Assembly (NCBI GenBank): GCA_038064415.1
Contig: JBBTTD010000002.1
Span: 8,865-72,864 of the forward strand
Reading direction: 5' to 3'
Origin: Patescibacteria group bacterium
Lineage (GTDB): Bacteria > Patescibacteriota > Minisyncoccia > Phycocordibacterales > PALSA-1337
DNA length: 64,000 nucleotides
How positions within the stretch are numbered: position 1 is the stretch's first letter; each line of letters starts with the position of its first letter. Positions 19,537 to 28,968 of the stretch are shown here, in pieces. Below the pieces are notes generated by a model. It was given only the letters and a program-made list of their open reading frames with translations, did not search any database and had not been told where the DNA came from. A program made the translations under genes and the position numbers.

Positions 19537-21348
19537 ATGCACAAGCATGAGATTTTTTCTGAGCGGAATGATCCGGTATTGCTGAAGAAAATAACTCGAA
19601 AAATAAGGGGCCTTTTTTCTGGACCATGTGAGCGTATTCTCCTCATAAACATACCACAGGTAGCCGAAGCAGATTTCGATCTTCCCACAGCCAAACTTGC
19701 TCGGTACCCTTGTTTCCCTCCTTGTGGTGCGGGCTTGCTATCACGCGATTTACGAGATGTGGGATATCAGACTAAACTTCTTGATCTGAACTTCGAGATA
19801 CTCTCTCGAGTAAAAGAGTCGGATTTCCATTATAATCTGTGGCAAAATTCAGTAGATCAAGTGATCAAAATTTTTGTCCCGAATCTGATTGGAATAAGTT
19901 GTATGTTTTCCATGACGCACGCTTCAATGCGGGCAGTTGTAGATTATATAAAAAGACACCATCCTCATATACCAATCATAGCTGGAGGTGTACATGTATC
20001 CGGTAATGCAGCGATGGTCTTGAATGAGATTAAAGGAGTAGATCTTGCTCTCCGTTATGAAGCAGATATTGCCTTAGTCACAGTAGTTGATTTTATAAAT
20101 GGCAAGACAACAGAAAATCAACTGACTCAAATAGCGACATCAGTAGAAGGAGAATATCTAGAAATAACGGAAAGAAGCATTCCAGACGGTAATAAAGTAA
20201 ATTATTCTCCAGAATACGATGACCTGCCAATCGGTAATTACAGTTTAACTGGAAGTATCGGTGCTTATCATTGGCTTCGTACTGATCATCCGCCCGTAGG
20301 CACCATCCTTGCAAATAGAGGGTGTAGGGCTGCTTGCACTTTCTGTTCTGTCCATAGTTTTAATGGCGCGGGAGTCCGAAGTAGGACTGCAACTACTGTA
20401 GTAGATGAAATGGAGAGAATGGTCCAAAAATATGGCATCAAGCATTTTATGTGGCTTGATGACGACCTTTTTAGACCAGACTCTGCGGTGGAACTCTTTC
20501 CTGAAATCACTAGGAGAAGACTGGGTATAACATGGGATGCTTCAAACGGCGTGATTGCAAGAGCTTCTACTCCAGAAATGATACATGCGGCTTCGGAATC
20601 CGGATGTATCGGTCTGAGTTTTGGAATAGAATCTGGCAATCCAAAAATACTGAGGGACGTAAAAAAACCCAGTACCGTTGAACATTTCAAAGATGTAAGT
20701 CAAACTCTGAAAAACTATCCAAGAATGTTTTCCAAGGGTTTCCTAATGGTAGGATTTCCTGACGAAAACATCGGTCAAATTCGAGACACTGTAAATCTTG
20801 CTGTAGACATGGCTCTGGATTGGTATCCTATCCAAATTCTTTCCCCTTTTGGTGGGACAATAATGGCAAAGGCACTAGTCAAGAAAGGAGTAGTGGACGA
20901 ACATTCAGTCCTATCTTCAAATATGTTTGTCGGTGTTACCGGCAAGCAGAGAGTGAAGGAAAGACTTGAAACTACCTCTAGCGTCTTTAATCACGAAATT
21001 CTGGATGCTGATCAAGATCAGATGCGTGTTCCATCTAAGGAAGAAATGGCGGATATCTGGTTCCTTATGGATTACAGAGTCAACTACGAGCAGATTCCAA
21101 ACCAGATCAATCCAATCAAATTGGCTATGAAACGCCTCATGCTTCGTGATGTTCGGGACAGAGTCCCTAAACATATTCCAATGGCAAGTCTCTTCCTTGG
21201 GATCATTAACCAAAAGCTTGGTAATCATGAAGAAGCTAAAGAAAACTTCATGGAGACAGAGCAATATCTTAAGGAATCAGTCTTTTGGCAAGTGCGTTTT
21301 AAGAAGCTTGGCTTAATCAATCTTCTCAGAAAACTTAGCAATGACTAG
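19537..21348 (+). CDS. B12-binding domain radical SAM protein (class B radical SAM family)
   Basis: N-terminal cobalamin-binding-like domain, then the CxxxCxxC cluster motif CRAACTFC at ~aa 265, and a long C-terminal extension. Confidence 0.8.
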   Translation: MHKHEIFSERNDPVLLKKITRKIRGLFSGPCERILLINIPQVAEADFDLPTAKLARYPCFPPCGAGLLSRDLRDVGYQTKLLDLNFEILSRVKESDFHYNLWQNSVDQVIKIFVPNLIGISCMFSMTHASMRAVVDYIKRHHPHIPIIAGGVHVSGNAAMVLNEIKGVDLALRYEADIALVTVVDFINGKTTENQLTQIATSVEGEYLEITERSIPDGNKVNYSPEYDDLPIGNYSLTGSIGAYHWLRTDHPPVGTILANRGCRAACTFCSVHSFNGAGVRSRTATTVVDEMERMVQKYGIKHFMWLDDDLFRPDSAVELFPEITRRRLGITWDASNGVIARASTPEMIHAASESGCIGLSFGIESGNPKILRDVKKPSTVEHFKDVSQTLKNYPRMFSKGFLMVGFPDENIGQIRDTVNLAVDMALDWYPIQILSPFGGTIMAKALVKKGVVDEHSVLSSNMFVGVTGKQRVKERLETTSSVFNHEILDADQDQMRVPSKEEMADIWFLMDYRVNYEQIPNQINPIKLAMKRLMLRDVRDRVPKHIPMASLFLGIINQKLGNHEEAKENFMETEQYLKESVFWQVRFKKLGLINLLRKLSND

Positions 21349-21378
21349 AAGACATTTGTTTGTTTTATTTAATCACAC

Positions 21379-21413
21379 GACCTCACCGCATTATGTGTGT
21401 GGGGTCTTTTTTT
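21379..21413 (+). terminator. Rho-independent terminator after the radical SAM gene
   Basis: Stem GACCTCAC (21379-21386) pairs with GTGGGGTC (21399-21406) with one G-U, a 12-nt loop, then TTTTTTT at 21407-21413. It lies between convergent genes. Confidence 0.45.
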
Positions 21414-22437
21414 ATTTTATCTGTTCACGTGCCCACTCAATTGTCCTCTCCAAACCTTTGTCAAAAGTAGTAAAATTGAACCTTTTCATTTCCTTTATTA
21501 TCTTGCTAAGATCGAGTCTGACAACTACTGGGTCTTTTCCAATATGTGAAATTGTTGATCTTGTTTTTGGAATTTTACATGACGCTTTTGTATATTTTGA
21601 AATCTTTTTCGCAAGCTCATATATTGAAATACTGTCTTGACCACCCACATTGTAAACCATATCTTTTCCTTTAAAAGCAGTGAAAAATATCATGGAAATA
21701 ACATCAGTAATATAGCCATAGGTCTTAACTGCCCTTCCTTCATCCAAGAGAATTATATTCTTTTCAACAAGCGCTTTTCTGATAAAATCGCTCATAACTC
21801 GCGTGTCACTGATTGGAAGCCCTGGACCATAGATATGTGATATTCTGACTATTTTTACATTAGTTCCATTCTTCATCTTATATGCCGAGCAAAGCGCTTC
21901 TCCAAGTCGCTTTGATTCACCATACACAGATCGTGGTTTGTGAAGAGGGTGATTTCCATTGTAATCTTCTTTTGTTGGAATAAATTCAGAAAGAACCTCC
22001 CCATAAATTTCCGCGGAGCTAAAATAAATAAAAGTACTTTTAGGCGACCACTTGAGAAGCTCAGATGTAGCATTTACATTTATTTTTACAAGCGAAAGGG
22101 GGTCATCAATAAATTTTGCAGGCTGACCATATCCAGCAGCATGAAAAATATAGTCAAATCCTTTAAGATTAAACTCTCCAGATAAATCTACCTTCTTAAA
22201 TTTCACCATAGGATCACCCTCAAGTATTGAAGAGAATGATCTCTTTGGACTAGAAAATCCAACAGCATAAATTAACGCGTTAAGCTTCAATTCATTATTC
22301 GCTAAGGATAGTGCAGCAACAACATATTGACCCAAAAAACCAGTCGCACCAGTCACGAGTATTTTTTTCCCTTTTATTTTTGTGAAATCAACCCTTGAAA
22401 GGATCTCCCGACAATCCTGCTCAATAATCTTATTCAT
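21412..22437 (-). CDS. NAD-dependent epimerase/dehydratase (extended SDR)
   Basis: The ORF is trimmed to the internal Met (MNKIIEQ, ATG at 22437) to avoid overlap. Rossmann motif ILVTGATGFLGQYVV and catalytic YGESK (YxxxK). Confidence 0.8.
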   Translation of the reverse strand: MNKIIEQDCREILSRVDFTKIKGKKILVTGATGFLGQYVVAALSLANNELKLNALIYAVGFSSPKRSFSSILEGDPMVKFKKVDLSGEFNLKGFDYIFHAAGYGQPAKFIDDPLSLVKINVNATSELLKWSPKSTFIYFSSAEIYGEVLSEFIPTKEDYNGNHPLHKPRSVYGESKRLGEALCSAYKMKNGTNVKIVRISHIYGPGLPISDTRVMSDFIRKALVEKNIILLDEGRAVKTYGYITDVISMIFFTAFKGKDMVYNVGGQDSISIYELAKKISKYTKASCKIPKTRSTISHIGKDPVVVRLDLSKIIKEMKRFNFTTFDKGLERTIEWAREQIK

Positions 22438-24271
22438 GACTTTCAACCTTTTTGACCTTTGGACCACCCCCAGGAAGAGGAGGATTCTCCCAACCCTCAA
22501 CAGGCTCAATAATCATGTTTTTTTTGAATTCCTCTCTTGGCAAATATGGGTACATATCTTCAATGGGAGTGTTCCATCCAAAAACTCTAGGTTCGTACGC
22601 ATACCAATCCCCACAATCAACATCACAGATAATTGGCCCGTTGAAAGAAAGTACCTCCCTGATCATTTTTCGAGAATCTTGGTTTTTGGAGATTTTCTTT
22701 GTTGCGACTCCATATGCATCAGTAATTTTTATAAAATCTGGCGGGACATAACCTTTTGGACCAGACGCTTCGTGTCTAGATTCAACATTTGTATCTTGAA
22801 AAGCTTTGATAATTCCATAGAAATGATTGTTGATGATAAAGGTTTTGATCTTGATACCATATGTAATGAGAGTTTGAATCTCCTGAATATTCATATTAAA
22901 ACCTCCATCACCGATGATACATACTACACTTCTTTTTTTATCAGCGGCAAACCACGAACCCATTGCTCCACAAAAAGAGAACCCCATCGGTGAGTTACCA
23001 TTATTTGTAATATAGTTCTGACCATTTTTTGTCTCAAACGCGTGATTGCTTGTTACAATGTTCCCCCCACAATCAGCCACAAGCACATCTCCTTTCTTCA
23101 TTTCTTCTGATAAGATACGCATAAAAGAGTACGGATTGACCTTGCCTTTGGCTTTAATAAATTCTTGACGAACGGGATCGTATTTATTCTTCCATGTCAT
23201 GACCTGTTTTGTCCAAGAGGAGACATCTGGAAGATTTATCTTTTCAAGCTTAATCATTAGTCTTTCAAGAAAGATCTTCGCGTCAGAATATATGCTGACA
23301 TCAAAAGGAACTTGCTGAAGTTTTTTTTGAAGTAGGGCGGGATCAACATCCACAACATACTTTTTCGCGCCCCTGGCAAATGTTTTCAAATTTCCACCAG
23401 TTATGCGTCCAGATATTCTACTTCCAATTGCTATAAGTAGATCACTATTTTGCAAACCAAAATTTCTTCCTCTACCACCGTATGTTCCAACTCGTCCACC
23501 ATAATATTCATAATCAGAAGGCACGACTTCTAGGGCATTCCATGTTGGAAACATTGGAATTTTTAGTATTCTACCGACTTTCTGTAAAAATGCTGTGCCT
23601 TTTGCAATGCCAACACCACCCCCAATAAGCATTACAGGTCTTTCTGATTTTATTAAATCCTTGAGCAATTGGTCTATTTGTTTATCAATAACATCAATGT
23701 CGTAATTTACACGATGTGCTTTCTCGTCAAAGCCGATCAGCTTTGTAGGATCTATCTCTGTTTTCTGCAGATTCATGGGGATATCCAGAAGAACTGGCCC
23801 AGGTCTTCCGTCTGTCGCAAGAAATAAGGCCTTTTCAAGTTCATATTTAATGTCTTCTGCTTTTCTTATCAATTTGGAATATTTTGTAATTGGGGATGTA
23901 ATAGCAACAATATCAGTCTCTTGAAATCCAACTTGTCTTATTGTAGGATCTGCACGCAAAAAATCAGAATTTATCTGCCCTGTTATAAAAAGTGCCGGTA
24001 CGGAATCGTAAAAGCAATTACCAATAGGAGTGACTAAATTCATGCCGCCTGGACCACTAGTCGCAATAGCAACACCGGAAATACCTTTAACTTTTGCATA
24101 CCCCTCTGCCGCAAAACCAGCTGCCTGTTCGTGCATCATGGCCACATATTTGGTCTTTTTCGTACGCGTAAAAGCATCAATCAGATATGCATTAGCGGCA
24201 CCTGAAACAACAAACATTCTGTCAATCCCCTTATCAGCGAGGTAATTTATGACGAAATCAGATAATTTCAT
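22430..24271 (-). CDS. Thiamine-pyrophosphate-dependent enzyme, acetolactate-synthase-like (YerE-like candidate)
   Basis: 613 aa with the three ALS-type domains: TPP_N (VVSGAANAYLIDAF), a central domain, and TPP_C (IIGDGGFNMNIQE with GDG). The ~50-aa C-terminal tail is unusual. Its location in a sugar cluster argues against a branched-chain amino acid role. Confidence 0.8.
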   Translation of the reverse strand: MKLSDFVINYLADKGIDRMFVVSGAANAYLIDAFTRTKKTKYVAMMHEQAAGFAAEGYAKVKGISGVAIATSGPGGMNLVTPIGNCFYDSVPALFITGQINSDFLRADPTIRQVGFQETDIVAITSPITKYSKLIRKAEDIKYELEKALFLATDGRPGPVLLDIPMNLQKTEIDPTKLIGFDEKAHRVNYDIDVIDKQIDQLLKDLIKSERPVMLIGGGVGIAKGTAFLQKVGRILKIPMFPTWNALEVVPSDYEYYGGRVGTYGGRGRNFGLQNSDLLIAIGSRISGRITGGNLKTFARGAKKYVVDVDPALLQKKLQQVPFDVSIYSDAKIFLERLMIKLEKINLPDVSSWTKQVMTWKNKYDPVRQEFIKAKGKVNPYSFMRILSEEMKKGDVLVADCGGNIVTSNHAFETKNGQNYITNNGNSPMGFSFCGAMGSWFAADKKRSVVCIIGDGGFNMNIQEIQTLITYGIKIKTFIINNHFYGIIKAFQDTNVESRHEASGPKGYVPPDFIKITDAYGVATKKISKNQDSRKMIREVLSFNGPIICDVDCGDWYAYEPRVFGWNTPIEDMYPYLPREEFKKNMIIEPVEGWENPPLPGGGPKVKKVESHE

Positions 24272-24360
24272 ATATTAAAAAATACTATAACAGATTGCTT
24301 ATTTATGCAACACGAACATTTCAGCTGGTGTCCGAACCACTGAACCTACTTGATTGTCTC

Positions 24361-25599
24361 TTATTTTTTAATTACACTTTCTACTGCTCTATTCAATCTT
24401 CTACAGCCCTCCCGAAGTTTTTCTTCAGTATTTGCATAACATACCCGTACATAATTTTTTCCTCCTGGACCAAATCCTGAACCTGGACACACGACAACTC
24501 CTTCTGTCTCCATGGCATGTTTAGTAAATTCATCTCCATTCATGCCGGTCTTAGTAACGTCAATCATCAAATAAAAAGCTCCGCGAGGCTTTGAAAATTC
24601 AAATTCGGAAATTTTTCCTAATTCTTCGCATACGATATCTCTAAGCTTTCTGTATTCATGTAGATATCTTTCAGAAAATTCATTTCGGCACTCTATAGCT
24701 GTGACGCAAGCGTCCTGTAAAAATGGTGGCACACAAGACACTATTGTTTGAGATAGTAAGGCAATTTTTTGAATAATCTTTTCAGGGCCAACGGCGTAAC
24801 CAACTCGCCATCCTGTCATCGCGAATGGTTTAGAGAAGCCATTGGTAACTATAACTCGCTCACGACATTCATCTAGAGTACCGACACAAAAATGTTTCCC
24901 TTCATATACCATTCTAGCGTATATTTCATCACTTAATATCAATATATTATGCTTCTTGGCTAATTTATATATCTTTATAAGATCGTCTTTTGTATAAACT
25001 GCTCCCGTTGGATTGGATGGAGAGTTAATGACTATAATGCGTGTTTTGGGAGTAATACAATCTTCAATTGATGACGGATTCATGCGAAAACCGTCTTTAT
25101 GGGTAACTGGGATATGGATACCTTTTATATTCAACATATTTATCACAGCATTGTATGTAACGAAAGATGGGTCAGCTAAAATCACTTCTTCGCCCTCGTT
25201 AACAAGTATTGAAAAAATATAAAATATAAGAGGATTAGCTCCAGAAGTAACAACTATTTGAGAGAGGTCTGGTTCAAAAGAAAAATCTTCAGAAATAGAT
25301 TTCTGAATAGCGACCCTCAATGTATGCTCACCATAAGAACTACCATAATGGGTATTCCCAGCGTTAATAGAAGAAATAGCTACATCTTTAACTTTTTGTG
25401 GCATTTCAAGATGCGTATCGCCAATTTCAAAATGAATTAATTTTTTTCCATGCCTTTCTAATTCCTTTGCCTTTTCCAACACTTGAAACATTGATTGACC
25501 GACTATCTTATCAGCAAATTCTGAAAGTCTGATTCCAGAGTCCGTTATATTGATTTTATTCATAACGGATAGTATATGCCCCTTTAATATAGCGGTCAA
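24361..25599 (-). CDS. Class I/II pyridoxal-phosphate-dependent aminotransferase
   Basis: 412 aa aspartate-aminotransferase-fold enzyme (NPSNPTGAVYTKDDL, SKPFAMTGWRVGY with the PLP-Lys). Confidence 0.85.
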   Translation of the reverse strand: MTAILKGHILSVMNKINITDSGIRLSEFADKIVGQSMFQVLEKAKELERHGKKLIHFEIGDTHLEMPQKVKDVAISSINAGNTHYGSSYGEHTLRVAIQKSISEDFSFEPDLSQIVVTSGANPLIFYIFSILVNEGEEVILADPSFVTYNAVINMLNIKGIHIPVTHKDGFRMNPSSIEDCITPKTRIIVINSPSNPTGAVYTKDDLIKIYKLAKKHNILILSDEIYARMVYEGKHFCVGTLDECRERVIVTNGFSKPFAMTGWRVGYAVGPEKIIQKIALLSQTIVSCVPPFLQDACVTAIECRNEFSERYLHEYRKLRDIVCEELGKISEFEFSKPRGAFYLMIDVTKTGMNGDEFTKHAMETEGVVVCPGSGFGPGGKNYVRVCYANTEEKLREGCRRLNRAVESVIKK

Positions 25600-25601
25600 T
25601 C

Positions 25602-26435
25602 ATGTATTTTTATGATTTACAATTCACTATAGGTATGTATAATATTGGTATGCTTTATAAAATTTTTCTGCTTTCTTTAAATACTTCTTTTATCAAGAGA
25701 GTATTACGCAAATTTGGTATAAGAAAATTAAGCCCTCGCAAAGAAGATTTGGAAAATGCTCCTCTAATTAAAAAATACATCAGTGGAAAATCATTCGCGG
25801 ACATTGGATGTATGTGGGGAGTCAATGGACTAAATTCTTTCATCGCAGAAGAAAACGGAGCGACGAAAGTTACCGCTGTTGATGTCTATCCAGAAAGTAA
25901 AGAATTTTTGGAAAAGAAAAACAATAATAATTCAAAAATTCAATATGTAAAAGGAGATATTAATTTATTAAGTACCACACAAAAAATAGGCATCGCTGAT
26001 GTCGTCCTGTGTGCTGGAGTGCTATACCATACACCTGACCCTGTCCATTTACTCACACAATTACGTTCAATTTGTGGTGAAATTTTAATTTTAAGTACTT
26101 CTATTGTGCCGGAATCTCCTGGCATAAGAAATACTGCGGTTTTTTATCCTTTTTTAGACGCAAATCAACGAAAAATCTGGAATAGGGGCGTGGGCACACA
26201 AAAAGCCATTACAGGTCCATACGAGCCGGAAAGTGGCTATGGAAACTGGTTCTGGGGCTTCAGCCCTAGTTGTGTAGAGTCCATGCTTCAATGTTCTGGG
26301 TTTGAGGTTATAGAAAAATATATTTTCCCATTCAATTCTACTTTTGTATGCAGGGTTGTATCTTCAAAATTCATTGCGAAATCTGGAGAATGGACGACTC
26401 CACAAGATGCGGATTTCGCAAAATTTAAGCGTTAG
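25602..26435 (+). CDS. Class I SAM-dependent methyltransferase
   Basis: Motif I FADIGCMWG, with an acidic residue following the beta2 strand (TAVDVY). Confidence 0.55.
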   Translation: MYFYDLQFTIGMYNIGMLYKIFLLSLNTSFIKRVLRKFGIRKLSPRKEDLENAPLIKKYISGKSFADIGCMWGVNGLNSFIAEENGATKVTAVDVYPESKEFLEKKNNNNSKIQYVKGDINLLSTTQKIGIADVVLCAGVLYHTPDPVHLLTQLRSICGEILILSTSIVPESPGIRNTAVFYPFLDANQRKIWNRGVGTQKAITGPYEPESGYGNWFWGFSPSCVESMLQCSGFEVIEKYIFPFNSTFVCRVVSSKFIAKSGEWTTPQDADFAKFKR

Positions 26436-26441
26436 GATTTT

Positions 26442-27353
26442 ATGATCACAAATAACATTCAACTTTCCTATCTCGTAATAACAAAAAATAAACTTCCCTA
26501 TCTCAAGAACAGATTGGAAAGATTGTTTTCTGAAAAACTAGGTGACGAAGAGGTTCTAGTAGCTGACGGTCACAGCACAGATGGGACAAAAGAATATATA
26601 GATCAATTAAAAAAAGATGGTAAAATATCTTATTGTATTTCAGAAAATGATGTCGGGATCGCTCAAGCACTGAATAAACTAGCTCTAGTAGCAAGAGGGA
26701 CATTGATCACATCTATAACTGACGACGATGTTTTCCATTATCCAACAATACTAGACTGCAAAAATTTCATGCTCCAACATCCTCAAACTGATGTTGTTTT
26801 CACAAATGGTGGCATAAAAAATCGAGACATTGAAAAATCAGTGAGACCACTAATTTATCACCCATATTACGAAAGATGGCAAAAGGATAGAACCCCTTTC
26901 ACGGCAACTGATCTTGGAATGATGTTTCGTCGAGCCTCTATCTCACTCATCGGTCTATGGAACACATCCTTTCCAGCACCTGACGCAGAGTTTGTCTTCA
27001 GAATCATGACAAGTAAGGCAAATGTTGCATGGTGTAAAGGTTTCTCATTTATCAATGTCAGTAATGCGCATGCAGTAAGTCTATCGCACATGAAACAGAT
27101 AAAGCTTGATATGGATAAACTAAACAAATACTATCTAGATAAAAATCCAGATCCATTCATTATTGAAAAACTGAAAATCATCCGAAACAAGTGGCGAAGC
27201 AAATCATTATTCCAAAGAACAAAAGATAGGGTAAATAAAAAAATAAATAATGAAAATCCAGATGAATGGCTAAAACTTATCAGTGTCGCTGAAAAATGGC
27301 TAGATCAGAAATACCTAGAAAATAAACCTGCATTTCTTTGGAACAAAATATGA
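26442..27353 (+). CDS. Glycosyltransferase family 2
   Basis: LSYLVITKNKLPYL...VLVADGHSTDGT is a GT2 N-terminus. DDD occurs in ITSITDDDVF. Confidence 0.7.
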   Translation: MITNNIQLSYLVITKNKLPYLKNRLERLFSEKLGDEEVLVADGHSTDGTKEYIDQLKKDGKISYCISENDVGIAQALNKLALVARGTLITSITDDDVFHYPTILDCKNFMLQHPQTDVVFTNGGIKNRDIEKSVRPLIYHPYYERWQKDRTPFTATDLGMMFRRASISLIGLWNTSFPAPDAEFVFRIMTSKANVAWCKGFSFINVSNAHAVSLSHMKQIKLDMDKLNKYYLDKNPDPFIIEKLKIIRNKWRSKSLFQRTKDRVNKKINNENPDEWLKLISVAEKWLDQKYLENKPAFLWNKI

Positions 27354-28117
27354 AAGAATATTTAAAATCTATTTCATTTTTCAAAATCATAGTCATAACT
27401 TTCAAAACTATGAGGTGTAGACATGGATTTTTTTTGAAAATTAAAAATTTAATAGCATTCTATATTGGTTATGTTAAATACAAAAAACTCAGAAAAAATA
27501 ACAAATTTATACTTAATACTAAAGACTTGTTTCCTAGAATTTACGACAAAACATCTTTGACTGCCCTGGATCCTGTTTATTTTTATCAAGACACATGGTG
27601 CGCAAAAAAAATATTTGAATCTATGCCAGAACATCATTATGATATAGGATCAAAAGCTGATATGGTAGGGATTATTTCCCAGTTTGTACCGACAACAATG
27701 GTTGACATAAGACCGTTGACTGTAAAACTTTTTAATTTGACATTTATGGAGGGAAATATCTTATCGCTTCCATTTGAAGATAACTCAATCCATTCGCTAA
27801 GTTCTATTTGCGTCATTGAGCACATTGGTTTGGGGCGTTATGGTGATCCGCTTGATCAGTTTGGCTCAGAAAAAGCGGTCTTGGAGCTTTTTCGTGTACT
27901 TGCGCCTTTGGGAAATTTGTATATTTCTGTTCCCATTGATAAAGAAAACAAAATCTATTTTAATGCTCACCGCGCTTTCACGAGAGAATATATTTTGGAT
28001 ATTTTCAAACCCCTGGAACTTATTGAAGAAAAATACATCTTTGGTAATAATTTAATTGACGTCTGCAAAAAAGAAAACGGGTTTGGGACAGGTTTATACC
28101 ATTTTAGAAAAAAATGA
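27338..28117 (+). CDS. Putative SAM-dependent methyltransferase (DUF268-like fold)
   Basis: 259 aa with conserved HYDIGSKADMVG...VDIRPL...LPFEDNSIHSLSSICVIEHIGLGRYGDPLD, reminiscent of class I MTases. Low certainty. Confidence 0.4.
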   Translation: MEQNMKEYLKSISFFKIIVITFKTMRCRHGFFLKIKNLIAFYIGYVKYKKLRKNNKFILNTKDLFPRIYDKTSLTALDPVYFYQDTWCAKKIFESMPEHHYDIGSKADMVGIISQFVPTTMVDIRPLTVKLFNLTFMEGNILSLPFEDNSIHSLSSICVIEHIGLGRYGDPLDQFGSEKAVLELFRVLAPLGNLYISVPIDKENKIYFNAHRAFTREYILDIFKPLELIEEKYIFGNNLIDVCKKENGFGTGLYHFRKK

Positions 28118-28968
28118 CTAATACATTCACCATAGTAACCCCATCATACAATCAGGGTTCTGTCTTGGAAGAAACGATCCTTAGCGTCCTTTCTCAACAA
28201 GGAAATTTTCATATTGAATACATAATAGCTGATGGTGGTTCAACAGATCAAAGTGTAGAAATAATAAAAAAATATGATAAATTATTAAAGAAAAATGGAT
28301 TTCCTATAAAGTGTAGAGGTATAGAATTTCGATGGTGGTCAAAAAAGGACAATGGAGAGGCAGCAGCCGTTAATGAAGGATTCAGAAACGCAAGAGGTGA
28401 TATTTTGGCATGGATTTCTTCTGATGATTTCTATGAATCAAATGCTTTAAATATTGTTTTGAAAAGGTTTCAAGAAGATAATACTGTCATTCTAGTACAT
28501 GGAGATGCCTACCATTATTACTCTAAAAATAAAAAAATATTGGCACGCTCAATCGAAACTAACTTTGACGATTTATTAAATAAAGGAAATGTAATCTCTG
28601 TACCTTCGGTTTTTTTTACAAAAAAAGCACTAACTGAAGCTGGTCCTTTAGATGAAAATCTACATATCACAGATCTAGATTTATGGCTTAGGCTTGCAAA
28701 AATTGGAAAAATATCCTATGTGCCCCACATATTAGGTAATTTTAGAGTTTGGAAAAATTCTAGATCTATTTATCTTCATGATAAATTTGGTACAAAAGAA
28801 AGGAAGAAGCTACTTAAAAGATACGGCGGCAGAAGAATTGATCCAAAACATATTTATAAAATAAAATCAAAAATCAAATTAATTGGCTACATAAAAAGTA
28901 GTGCACCAGGATTATACATCTTTATAAAGAAAATTTTCTATAAAGTCCTCGATGCTTTCCGTTATTAA
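28114..28968 (+). CDS. Glycosyltransferase family 2
   Basis: FTIVTPSYNQGSVLEETILSVLSQ...YIIADGGSTD and SSDDFY. Confidence 0.8.
   Translation: MTNTFTIVTPSYNQGSVLEETILSVLSQQGNFHIEYIIADGGSTDQSVEIIKKYDKLLKKNGFPIKCRGIEFRWWSKKDNGEAAAVNEGFRNARGDILAWISSDDFYESNALNIVLKRFQEDNTVILVHGDAYHYYSKNKKILARSIETNFDDLLNKGNVISVPSVFFTKKALTEAGPLDENLHITDLDLWLRLAKIGKISYVPHILGNFRVWKNSRSIYLHDKFGTKERKKLLKRYGGRRIDPKHIYKIKSKIKLIGYIKSSAPGLYIFIKKIFYKVLDAFRY

Noticed and set aside
22438-22509. N-terminal extensions of track ORFs (21412..22509, 34598..35839, 49889..51220, 51404..52096, 56656..56916)
   Set aside because: The extensions overlap upstream genes or inverted repeats and lack domain content. Internal Met starts (22437, 35734, 50009, 52042, 56829) give conventional gene spacing.
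22382-22993. 203-aa plus-strand ORF and other 60-130 aa ORFs antisense to large genes (e.g. 1728..1964, 8677..9036, 20286..20690, 45257..45607, 51677..52126)
   Set aside because: All lie opposite confidently assigned genes (secA, gmd, the radical SAM enzyme, the TPP enzyme, the VirD4-like ATPase). They are the usual shadow ORFs of AT-rich DNA.
22430-24271. Annotating the TPP enzyme as biosynthetic acetolactate synthase (ilvB/ilvG)
   Set aside because: No ilvN, ilvC or ilvD is nearby. The gene is embedded among sugar-modifying enzymes and carries an atypical C-terminal tail. A sugar-branching or other 2-keto-acid role is more plausible, though not proven.
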